Shown here one piece after another: positions 1 to 8,235 of a DNA stretch of 64,000 nucleotides (the first letter of the stretch is position 1; each line of letters begins with the position of its first letter). A model generated the notes under the pieces. It was given only the letters and a program-made list of their open reading frames with translations, was not told the DNA's origin and did no database searches. The position numbers were made by a program, and so were the translations under genes. Source of the DNA: an uncultured Bacillales bacterium (GTDB taxonomy: Bacteria; Bacillota_I; Bacilli_A; RF39; UBA660); contig CAMNCL010000001.1 of the NCBI GenBank assembly GCA_946534345.1, positions 16,485 through 80,484 of the forward strand. The letters run 5' to 3'.

Positions 1-964
1 GAAATATTAACATTCCTAGTATTCCTGCAACTATAAATTTATCTGTATCTTCTATTTTCTTTCTAGTAAGAAGTATTATTTGAATATCTAGATAAAGAAT
101 TAAACTAAGTAGAATAAATACTCCAATCAATCCAAAGTTAGATGCATATACCGCAAATATAAAATCTGTAGATGACTCTGGAAAATAGATTGGTGTTTTA
201 TTATATCCATGTCCAAATAAACCGGCTGATCCAATCGCAGCTAAAGCATTCTCAAGTTGTAAACCAGAACCATTTTGCCAATTAAATATTCTATCTAAAC
301 GATAATAAATAGAAGATCCAAATATATTTATAAATATATTTTCTTTATAAAAATACAATCCTAAAATACTTGCGATTAGTATTACTGCTAAAGAACCAGC
401 TCCTACAAACCATCTTAGTCTTATACCACTTGTAAACATCATTGAAAAGTAAATTATTAAATAAATTAATACTGCACCTGTATCAGGTTGTAAGAAAGTT
501 AAAATAGAAGGTATTAAAACTATTACTAATGATTTTAAAATAAAAATAAATTCTTCTTTAATAGTAGGATCTTTATAATCACTTCTAAAATTATGAATCA
601 TAGTAGCTAAAACTAACATTATAAATATCTTCATAAACTCACTAGGTTGAAAACTACCAATACCAGGTATAGTAAACCAACATCTACTATTATTAATAGG
701 TGTTCCAAAGAATAATAATAGTAATAATAAAATATTTCCAATAACATATAAGTATTTAGATAAGTTATATAAATATTCGTTTTTATACTTTAAGATAAAT
801 AGTACTAATATCCAACCTATAAAATACCAAATTCCCTGTTTTAAGGCTAAATTACCTAAACTAGGAGAAGTATATGTTAAAGCGCTATTAATAGTAATAA
901 TACTTATTATTGATAAAAGTATTATAGGAATTAATATTTTATAATTAATTTTGTATTTTTTCAT
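1..964 (-). CDS. SEDS-family cell-wall polymerase (FtsW/RodA/SpoVE family), 5' part only; the C-terminus lies beyond the window start
   Basis: Not in ORF track (open at window edge). Reverse strand from ATG (cat at 962-964) reads MKKYKINYKILIPIILLS... I translated GSFQPSEFMK (about 629-658) and IYFPESSTDFIFA (about 151-190), both SEDS hallmarks. Many TM helices. Confidence 0.8.
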   Translation of the reverse strand, partial: MKKYKINYKILIPIILLSIISIITINSALTYTSPSLGNLALKQGIWYFIGWILVLFILKYKNEYLYNLSKYLYVIGNILLLLLLFFGTPINNSRCWFTIPGIGSFQPSEFMKIFIMLVLATMIHNFRSDYKDPTIKEEFIFILKSLVIVLIPSILTFLQPDTGAVLIYLIIYFSMMFTSGIRLRWFVGAGSLAVILIASILGLYFYKENIFINIFGSSIYYRLDRIFNWQNGSGLQLENALAAIGSAGLFGHGYNKTPIYFPESSTDFIFAVYASNFGLIGVFILLSLILYLDIQIILLTRKKIEDTDKFIVAGILGMLIF

Positions 965-1077
965 AAGCTAATTCCTCTCCATTAATTATTATATCAAATG
1001 TTTATTATTTAAAAAGTATTTAATGCATTTTATTAGTTTGTTTGTTATAATAATTATAGATAATAGGAGGTACTATT

Positions 1078-1581
1078 ATGGCTAAAGTAGATTGGATTAC
1101 ATGGAAAACTAATACTGATGAAATTATTAATATTGAAAAAGTAAATAATTTGTTAGATAAAGATATAGCTGACTTAAATAATATTATTGATAATGTCTAT
1201 GATAATATTAAGTCTGAAGTAGATAAAGGTGGTTTAAATAGCGATTCTTTAAGTCTTAATGGTGAATCACCAAGTAACGTAATGGCTAATAATATTTTAA
1301 ATAATATTACTGAGATAAGAACAATTATTAATAATTTAAGTAATAAAATGAGTAATCAAGTTTTAGAACAAAAGAAAATAGAAAAAGAACAGTTAGTAAC
1401 TACTATAGAAGAAAAAATAAAGGAACAAGAGAGAATATTAGAAAATACTAAGTTACTTAGAAATAGAATATCTGCTGGTAGTGATGTTGTTAATATGAAT
1501 GATGTTAATAATGTTATAAGTAGTACTAAAGAAAAATTAGAAATGTTATATGATAGATTAGAAAAAGCTAAAGCAATATAG
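1078..1581 (+). CDS. hypothetical coiled-coil protein (Asn/Ile/Lys-rich)
   Basis: ORF preceded by AGGAGG (1067-1072). No recognisable motif. Predicted helical or coiled-coil. Confidence 0.5.
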   Translation: MAKVDWITWKTNTDEIINIEKVNNLLDKDIADLNNIIDNVYDNIKSEVDKGGLNSDSLSLNGESPSNVMANNILNNITEIRTIINNLSNKMSNQVLEQKKIEKEQLVTTIEEKIKEQERILENTKLLRNRISAGSDVVNMNDVNNVISSTKEKLEMLYDRLEKAKAI

Positions 1582-1591
1582 GAGGAATATT

Positions 1592-2245
1592 ATGAGTACT
1601 GATAAAAATACTGTTGATTTAGAAAAGTTATCAAGTAGTTTAAAAGTTATTGAAGGTATAAATAATAGTATTAATGATTTAAAATTATCTAATATTGTTT
1701 TAGATATAGATAATAATATAAGTAAAATTAGTTTTGAACATGGTAATTGTTTTAGTGGATATAAAGAAATATTAGATTCATTAATAGATTCTACTAATAA
1801 ATTAAAAAGTGAAGTTAATGAATTAGATAAATCATTAGAAAAAACAATTAGTAGTTTTTCTGATATAGAAAATGTTAATTTTAGAAAAGAGGATTTATTA
1901 ACTGATGTGACTAAGATACCTGAAGTAGAAACTGAAACTACTGAAGTTCAAGAAAAGTCTTCTATTAATACTATACCTATTGGTTTAGGAATAGGTGCTG
2001 CAGGTATTGCAGGATCTGTTGGAATGGTCGCAGCTGATTCTATGGGGTTAATTGATGATAAAAAGAAAGATGATATTCCAGAGTATAATGAACAAGTCGC
2101 AATAGTAGAGAAGAAAGAAGAACCAGATGAAGATGAAGAGTTTATAGCTCATGAAGAAAAATTTGATGATGTTACTCCATATCATGCTTCCAGAGATAAA
2201 GATGTAATGGATAAATTCTATGATGAAGAAGAGGATAATAAATAA
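1592..2245 (+). CDS. hypothetical protein with a central Gly-zipper TM segment and an acidic C-terminal tail
   Basis: RBS AGGAGG just upstream; 10 nt after the previous stop. TM-like segment IPIGLGIGAAGIAGSVGMVAA. C-terminal tail rich in D/E. Confidence 0.5.
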   Translation: MSTDKNTVDLEKLSSSLKVIEGINNSINDLKLSNIVLDIDNNISKISFEHGNCFSGYKEILDSLIDSTNKLKSEVNELDKSLEKTISSFSDIENVNFRKEDLLTDVTKIPEVETETTEVQEKSSINTIPIGLGIGAAGIAGSVGMVAADSMGLIDDKKKDDIPEYNEQVAIVEKKEEPDEDEEFIAHEEKFDDVTPYHASRDKDVMDKFYDEEEDNK

Positions 2246-2248
2246 TTC

Positions 2249-2277
2249 TTGTCAAATTCAATAAAATAGTTTATAAT
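2249..2277 (+). promoter_or_regulatory. sigma-A type promoter for the T-box/HD/valS operon
   Basis: TTGTCA (2249-2254), 17-nt spacer, TATAAT (2272-2277). Confidence 0.6.
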
Positions 2278-2284
2278 TACCTGT

Positions 2285-2507
2285 AGATGCAAGGAATCTG
2301 AGGAGTAAGTATCTACTTAATTTAAGAGAGTTTCTGGTTAGGTGAAAAGAAATATTAAGTAATACCCAAGGTAGCAGAGGAGCATAATTATTGAAATAGT
2401 AGTAAATAATTCCGGGTAATTTCCGTTAAAGATATAAAGATTACGTAAGTAATAAATTAAGGTGGTACCACGAGAAATTCGTCCTTTGGATGAGTTTCTT
2501 TTTTTAT
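2285..2507 (+). promoter_or_regulatory. T-box leader (tRNA-sensing riboswitch), probable Val specifier GUA
   Basis: AGAGAG box 2325-2330. Distal-loop GGTGAAA 2341-2347. GTA followed by A at 2359-2362. F-box CCGTTA 2424-2429. T-box sequence AAATTAAGGTGGTACCACG 2454-2472. Terminator hairpin plus T-run 2473-2507. Confidence 0.85.
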
Positions 2508-2523
2508 TAGAAAGGGGACAACT

Positions 2524-3273
2524 ATGAATAAAGCAATAATTGAGTTTTTAAATTATACTAATGACTATTTAAAGTGTGGAGGAAGAATAGATTTAAAAAT
2601 AAAACATACTTTCCGAGTCATGAGATTATGTGAAGAGATTGCTTCTAGTCTAAATCTATCAGAAGAAGAAGTATATATTGCTAAAACAATTGGTTTATTA
2701 CATGATATAGGTAGATTTGAACAATGGAAGAAGTATGAAACATTTAGTGATAAAGATAGTATTGATCATGCTGACTTAGGTGTTAAAATCTTAAAGAAAA
2801 ATAATTATTTAAGAAAGTATATTGAAGATGAAAAGTATGATGATATTATTCTAAAGAGTGTTAAATATCATAATAAATATAAATTACCTAAAGATTTAAA
2901 TGATAAAGAATTATTGTTTGTAAATATAATTAGAGATGCTGATAAGATAGATATATTACGTTTATATACATTAAAAGGAATAGATTTAGAATTAGATAAG
3001 AATCCTTTTAGTGATGAAGTATATAATCTATTATTAAATAAAAAAGAGATTAGTAGAAAATCTATTACAAATAAAACTGATAGATTATCTATATCATTAG
3101 GTTTTATATTTGATATTAACTATTTATATAGTTTTAAATATTTAAAAGATAAAAAATATTTTGATATTATAGTTGATATGTATAAAAAGAAAAGTAAGAA
3201 TAAAGAGTTTGGAAAGCAATTAGATGAAATAATAAAAGTAATTAATAATTATATAGAGGTGAGTTTATGTTAG
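2524..3273 (+). CDS. HD/HDIG-domain metal-dependent phosphohydrolase
   Basis: Motifs H..R (KHTFRV), LLHDIGRFEQ and RDADKIDIL. Its stop overlaps the valS start by 7 nt. Confidence 0.8.
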   Translation: MNKAIIEFLNYTNDYLKCGGRIDLKIKHTFRVMRLCEEIASSLNLSEEEVYIAKTIGLLHDIGRFEQWKKYETFSDKDSIDHADLGVKILKKNNYLRKYIEDEKYDDIILKSVKYHNKYKLPKDLNDKELLFVNIIRDADKIDILRLYTLKGIDLELDKNPFSDEVYNLLLNKKEISRKSITNKTDRLSISLGFIFDINYLYSFKYLKDKKYFDIIVDMYKKKSKNKEFGKQLDEIIKVINNYIEVSLC

Positions 3274-5795
3274 ATAAGAAATATAATCATTTAGAAGTTG
3301 AAAAAGGTAAGTATAAAGTATGGAAAGATAAGGGATATTTTAAATGTGATAATACATCAGATAAAACTCCTTATTGTGTAGTAATACCACCTCCAAATGT
3401 AACTGGTAAATTACATTTAGGACATGCTTATGATACAGCTATTCAAGATGCAATTATTAGATATAAGAGAATGAAAGGTTTCGATACTCTATGGTTACCT
3501 GGAATGGATCATGCTGCTATCGCAACTGAAGCTAAGGTTGTTAAGAAGTTAAAAGATAAAGGTATTGATAAGTATGAGTATGGTAGAGAAAAATTCTTAG
3601 ATGCTTGTTGGGACTGGACAAAAGAATATGGAGATAGTATTAGAGACCAATGGGGTGCTTTAGGATTATCAGTTGATTATACAAGAGAAAGATTTACTCT
3701 TGATGAAGATTTAAATAAAGCTGTAAGACAAGTATTTGTTGATTATTATAATAAAGGATTAATCTATCGTGGAGAAAAAATAATTAACTGGGATCCTGCT
3801 GCTAAGACAGCGCTATCTAATGAAGAAGTTATTTATAAATCAGAAAAGAGTGCTTTCTATCATATTAAATATGTAATTGAAGGAACTGATGAATATCTAG
3901 ATGTTGCGACTACTCGTCCAGAGACTCTATTTGGAGATACTGCAGTAGCTGTTAATGAAAAAGATAAGAGATATAAAAAATATGTTGGTAAAAACTGTAT
4001 TCTACCACTTATGAATAAACCAATTCCAATTATTACAGATGAACATGCTGACATGGAAAAAGGTACTGGTGTTGTTAAAATAACTCCAGCTCATGATCCT
4101 AATGACTTTGAAGTTGGAAACAGACATAATTTAGAGCGTATTGTTATTATGAATGATGATGCTACAATGAATGAAAATGTTCCTGAAGAATATCAAGGAA
4201 TGACTAGAGAAGCTTGTCGTGAAGCTTGTCTTAATGATTTAAAAGAATTAGGTTTATTACTAGAAGTAGAACCATTAACACATGAAGTTGGACATAGTGA
4301 AAGAACTGGTGTAATGGTAGAACCAATGATTAAAGAACAATGGTTTGTTAAGATGGAACCACTTGCAAAAAAAGTATTAGATATTCAAGATAAGAAGAAT
4401 GAAAAGATTAATTTTGTTCCAAAAAGATTTGAAAAAGTATTAAGACACTGGATGGAAATATCATATGATTGGTGTATTTCTAGACAACTATGGTGGGGAC
4501 ATAGAATACCAGCTTGGTATAAAGAGGGAGAAATCTATGTTGGAATGGAAGCACCTAAAGAAAAAGGTTGGGTACAAGATGAAGATGTTTTAGATACATG
4601 GTTTAGTAGTGCTCTATGGCCATTCTCAACATTAGGTTGGCCTGACAAGACTAAAGATTTAGAAAGATATTTCCCAACAGATTGTTTAGTAACTGGTTAT
4701 GATATTATATTCTTCTGGGTAGCTCGTATGGCTTTCCAATCAGAATACATTACTGGTAAGAGACCATTTAAAGACTGTGTTATTCATGGACTTATTAGAG
4801 ATAAACAAGGTCGTAAGATGTCTAAATCATTGGGTAATGGAGTAGATCCATTTGATATGGTAGATAAATATGGAGCAGATTCTTTAAGATATTATTTAAC
4901 TACTGATGGTTCTATGGGAATGGATTTAAGATTTGATGAAGTAAAATTAGCTTCTACTTGGAACTTTGTTAATAAAATATGGAATGCTTCTAGATTTGTT
5001 TTAATGAATATAGAAGATTTAAAAGAGATTAACTTAAAAGATTTAAAGAATGAAGATAAATGGATTTTAACAATCTATGAAAAAACATTAAAATCAGTAA
5101 TTAAACATATGGATAAGTATGAATTTAACTTAGCTGGTTCAGAATTATATGATTTCACTTGGAATTATTTCTGTGATTATTATATTGAAATGGCTAAATA
5201 TTCATTAGATCAAGAAAGTACTAAATCTACATTATGTTATGTACTAACAGGTATCTTAAAGATGCTACATCCATTTATGCCTTTTGTAACTGAAGAAATA
5301 TATCAGATGTTACCAATCAAAGAAGAATCTATTATGATATCTGATTATCCAGAATATGATAAGAAATTAGTATTTGAAAAGGAATCTCAAGCAGTAGCTG
5401 ATCAAATAGAATTTATTAAAAACTTTAGAAATGTTAAAGCTGAAAATAATATTACTAAAGAAATGAAGGTTATGTTTGATACTACTGATGATAATGATCT
5501 AATAGTTAAAATGTTAAAACTAGAAGATAATATAGTAAAAGAACCATTAGGTATTAAAGCTTACAAAGTATTCTCTACTAGAGTAAAAGCACAAATTTTC
5601 TTTGAAAAGATTGAAACTGAAGCAGAAAAAGCTGCAAAGGAATCACAAATCAAGTTACTTCAAGAATCAATTAAGAGAAGAGAAAAATTATTATCCAATG
5701 AAAACTATGTAAATAAAGCACCTGAGAAGATAGTTAATATGGATAGACAAAAACTAGAAGAAGAGAAAAAGAAATTAGAAGAGTTATTAAAGTAA
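3267..5795 (+). CDS. valS: valyl-tRNA synthetase
   Basis: Class I HIGH motif (PNVTGKLHLGHA), KMSKS (KMSKSLGN), WCISRQLWWGHRIP, C-terminal coiled coil; 842 aa. Confidence 0.97.
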   Translation: MLDKKYNHLEVEKGKYKVWKDKGYFKCDNTSDKTPYCVVIPPPNVTGKLHLGHAYDTAIQDAIIRYKRMKGFDTLWLPGMDHAAIATEAKVVKKLKDKGIDKYEYGREKFLDACWDWTKEYGDSIRDQWGALGLSVDYTRERFTLDEDLNKAVRQVFVDYYNKGLIYRGEKIINWDPAAKTALSNEEVIYKSEKSAFYHIKYVIEGTDEYLDVATTRPETLFGDTAVAVNEKDKRYKKYVGKNCILPLMNKPIPIITDEHADMEKGTGVVKITPAHDPNDFEVGNRHNLERIVIMNDDATMNENVPEEYQGMTREACREACLNDLKELGLLLEVEPLTHEVGHSERTGVMVEPMIKEQWFVKMEPLAKKVLDIQDKKNEKINFVPKRFEKVLRHWMEISYDWCISRQLWWGHRIPAWYKEGEIYVGMEAPKEKGWVQDEDVLDTWFSSALWPFSTLGWPDKTKDLERYFPTDCLVTGYDIIFFWVARMAFQSEYITGKRPFKDCVIHGLIRDKQGRKMSKSLGNGVDPFDMVDKYGADSLRYYLTTDGSMGMDLRFDEVKLASTWNFVNKIWNASRFVLMNIEDLKEINLKDLKNEDKWILTIYEKTLKSVIKHMDKYEFNLAGSELYDFTWNYFCDYYIEMAKYSLDQESTKSTLCYVLTGILKMLHPFMPFVTEEIYQMLPIKEESIMISDYPEYDKKLVFEKESQAVADQIEFIKNFRNVKAENNITKEMKVMFDTTDDNDLIVKMLKLEDNIVKEPLGIKAYKVFSTRVKAQIFFEKIETEAEKAAKESQIKLLQESIKRREKLLSNENYVNKAPEKIVNMDRQKLEEEKKKLEELLK

Positions 5796-5836
5796 TAACT
5801 CTTTTTTTGTTAATAATAAAAATAGGGGGAGATTAA

Positions 5837-6523
5837 ATGAATTATCGTATTAGAGATTTACCAATAAACGAAAGACCAAGGGAAAGATTAAAAGAAGTAG
5901 GAGTTACAAATTTAAGTGATAAAGAATTATTAGCTATAATACTAAAGAATGGTACTAAGAATAAAAACGTTACAGACTTGGCTTTAGATATATTAGATAA
6001 ATATAATTTAAATGATTTTAAGAATATATCTATAAATGATCTTACTTCTATAAAAGGAATAGGTATTGTAAAAGCAACTGAATTGATTAGTTCAATTGAA
6101 CTAGGAAAAAGAATATTTTTAAGGGAAGAGTATAAATTAGAAAAATTGGATAATCCTAGAATTATTTGGGAGTCCTCTAAATATTTATTTGATGGTTTAA
6201 AACAAGAATATTTTTATTGTTATTATTTTAATAATAAACAAGAACTTATAACTAAAAAATTATTATTTATGGGAACAATTAATCAATCAATAACTCACAC
6301 TAGAGAAATATTTAGGGAAGCCTATAAAGTAAGCGCATCATCAATAGTATGTCTTCATAATCATCCATCTAATGATGTAACTCCATCTAAGGAAGATATT
6401 ATGTTTACTGAAAGATTAATAAGAACAGGTAATATTCAAGGAATACCAGTAGTTGATCATATTATTGTAGGAAATGATTCTTATTATAGTTTTTATGAAA
6501 ACAAAAATAGTTTAAATATCTAA
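5837..6523 (+). CDS. radC: RadC-family JAB/MPN domain protein
   Basis: N-terminal HhH-like region (ELLAIIL, IKGIG) and HNHPSNDVTPSKED JAMM-like motif. Sits upstream of mreCD as in Bacillus. Confidence 0.9.
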   Translation: MNYRIRDLPINERPRERLKEVGVTNLSDKELLAIILKNGTKNKNVTDLALDILDKYNLNDFKNISINDLTSIKGIGIVKATELISSIELGKRIFLREEYKLEKLDNPRIIWESSKYLFDGLKQEYFYCYYFNNKQELITKKLLFMGTINQSITHTREIFREAYKVSASSIVCLHNHPSNDVTPSKEDIMFTERLIRTGNIQGIPVVDHIIVGNDSYYSFYENKNSLNI

Positions 6524-6558
6524 AAAATTATAATATAATAAGTAAGTGAGATGATAAT

Positions 6559-7332
6559 ATGTATAAAAAGAAAAAGAAAAGACAAAGAGAAATTATATTT
6601 ATAATTGTTGGTTCTATAATAGTTGTAATTCTATTTGTTATTTCATTATTAATGGATAATAGTAATGGTTATTTTCTAAAAGATACTGCTATATTTTTTG
6701 AAAAGATAACTAATCCATTTACTTATGGAAAAAAAGAGTCCGCAATGAATAGTAGTTTAATTGAAAAGAACCTTAATTCATCTTTAGAAGAAGAAGTAAA
6801 AGAATTAAAAGAAGTATTAGAATTAAACAAAACTTTAACAGAATATAAACCTATAAATTCTACAGTATTATCTCGTAATAAAAGTTATTGGTTTAATACA
6901 TTAACTATTGATAAAGGTAGAAAAGATGGAATAGAAAAGAATATGTCTGTTATTACTAAGAATGGATTAATAGGTAAAATATCTAAAGTATCTAGAAATT
7001 CTAGTGAAGTAAAATTAATTACTTCCGATGATATTAATTTTAAAGTGAGTGTTTCTATTAGAACTGGTGATAGAGATAATTATGCTATTTTAAATGGATA
7101 TGATCATAAAAAAGGTTTAATTAAAGTAACTGGTATTGATAAAACAACAGTAGTTAATAAAGGTGATACAGTAATCACAAGTGGATTAGGGGAACTATTT
7201 CCTGCAGGTATTTATATAGGTACAGTAGAACAAGAAGAAAGTGATAAATATGATTTAACTAAAACTTTATATATTAAAACAAATCAAGATTTTAGTAATG
7301 TTCACTATGTTACTGTTTTAAAGGTGAAATAA
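6559..7332 (+). CDS. mreC: rod shape-determining protein MreC
   Basis: N-terminal TM, coiled coil, and GDTVITSGLGELFPAGIYIGTV typical of MreC. Followed by mreD. Confidence 0.85.
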   Translation: MYKKKKKRQREIIFIIVGSIIVVILFVISLLMDNSNGYFLKDTAIFFEKITNPFTYGKKESAMNSSLIEKNLNSSLEEEVKELKEVLELNKTLTEYKPINSTVLSRNKSYWFNTLTIDKGRKDGIEKNMSVITKNGLIGKISKVSRNSSEVKLITSDDINFKVSVSIRTGDRDNYAILNGYDHKKGLIKVTGIDKTTVVNKGDTVITSGLGELFPAGIYIGTVEQEESDKYDLTKTLYIKTNQDFSNVHYVTVLKVK

Positions 7333-7333
7333 T

Positions 7334-7840
7334 ATGATAGGTATTATTATAATAATTATATCTTTATTATTAGATGGATTACTTTCTAATTATTTACCTT
7401 TCTTAGTAAATGATTTATCAATATTTACTCCATTACTAACTTTAATTAGTATTTCTCTATTGTATCCATATTATCGTAAAAAAGAAAAATATTTCTTTAT
7501 AATAATTTTTATTACTGGAATAGTTTATGATTTATTATATACTAACTTATTATTTTTTAATGGTTTGTTATTCTTACTAATAGCTTATATTTCTAAATTA
7601 ATATATCGCACCTATGAGATGGATTATTATAAATTAATTATCTATCTAGCAATGATTATAACCATTTATGAATCAGCAACTGGATTAATACTATTTATTT
7701 TTAATTTAGTTCCAATTACTTTTAGTAGGGTAATATATAAAATTATTCACAGTTTATTGTTAAATATTATTTATGGTGAATTATTATATTTAATATTAAA
7801 TCTAATTCCTAAGAAGTATAAAAGAATAAGTATTAATTAG
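7334..7840 (+). CDS. mreD: rod shape-determining protein MreD (polytopic membrane protein)
   Basis: Starts 2 nt after the mreC stop. Five or so TM helices; size and position fit MreD. Confidence 0.7.
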   Translation: MIGIIIIIISLLLDGLLSNYLPFLVNDLSIFTPLLTLISISLLYPYYRKKEKYFFIIIFITGIVYDLLYTNLLFFNGLLFLLIAYISKLIYRTYEMDYYKLIIYLAMIITIYESATGLILFIFNLVPITFSRVIYKIIHSLLLNIIYGELLYLILNLIPKKYKRISIN

Positions 7841-7863
7841 TACTTATTTTTTTTATAAAAATG

Positions 7864-7893
7864 TTGACATTTAAAGATAATCTTTGTTATAAT
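7864..7893 (+). promoter_or_regulatory. sigma-A type promoter for tRNA-Ala
   Basis: TTGACA 7864-7869, 18-nt spacer, TATAAT 7888-7893, about 20 nt before the tRNA 5' end. Confidence 0.6.
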
Positions 7894-7912
7894 TTTATTG
7901 CCGATTGAAATT

Positions 7913-7988
7913 GGGGCATTAGCTCAGCTGGGAGAGCGCCACGTTTGCACCGTGGAGGTCAGCGGTTCGATCCCGCTATGCTCCACCA
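7913..7988 (+). tRNA. tRNA-Ala (anticodon UGC), CCA encoded
   Basis: Cloverleaf folded by hand. Acceptor GGGGCAU/AUGCUCC with the G3:U70 Ala identity pair. Anticodon loop UUUGCAC. T-loop GGTTCGATCC. Confidence 0.95.
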
Positions 7989-7999
7989 TTTTGATTGTT

Positions 8000-8026
8000 A
8001 ATCGTTGGTAGACAACGATTTTTTTA
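8000..8026 (+). terminator. intrinsic terminator-like hairpin between the two tRNA genes
   Basis: AATCGTTG-GTAGA-CAACGATT followed by a T-run (8020-8025). Confidence 0.6.
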
Positions 8027-8037
8027 TTAAATAAAAA

Positions 8038-8111
8038 GCCGATATAGTTTAGTGGTAGAACAGGTCCTTGGTAAGGATCAGAGGTAAGTTCAATTCTTAC
8101 TTTCGGCACCA
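8038..8111 (+). tRNA. tRNA-Thr (anticodon GGU), CCA encoded
   Basis: Cloverleaf folded by hand. Acceptor GCCGAUA/UUUCGGC (one U-U mismatch). Anticodon stem GGUCC/GGAUC with loop UUGGUAA. T-arm GUAAG-UUCAAUU-CUUAC. Confidence 0.9.
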
Positions 8112-8120
8112 TTATAAATA

Positions 8121-8145
8121 AACAACTAGAAATAGTTGTTTTTAT
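8121..8145 (+). terminator. intrinsic terminator after tRNA-Thr
   Basis: AACAACTA-GAAA-TAGTTGTT followed by TTT. Confidence 0.65.
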
Positions 8146-8235
8146 ATGCTGTAAACTCTAATTATATATATCTTGATTACGTATATATTTCTTTATATAA
8201 TAATTATATAAAGATACTAAGTAGGATGTGTAGTT

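Noticed and set aside
7924-8112. A 62-aa minus-strand ORF.
   Set aside because: It spans both tRNA genes and the terminator between them, so it is an artefact.
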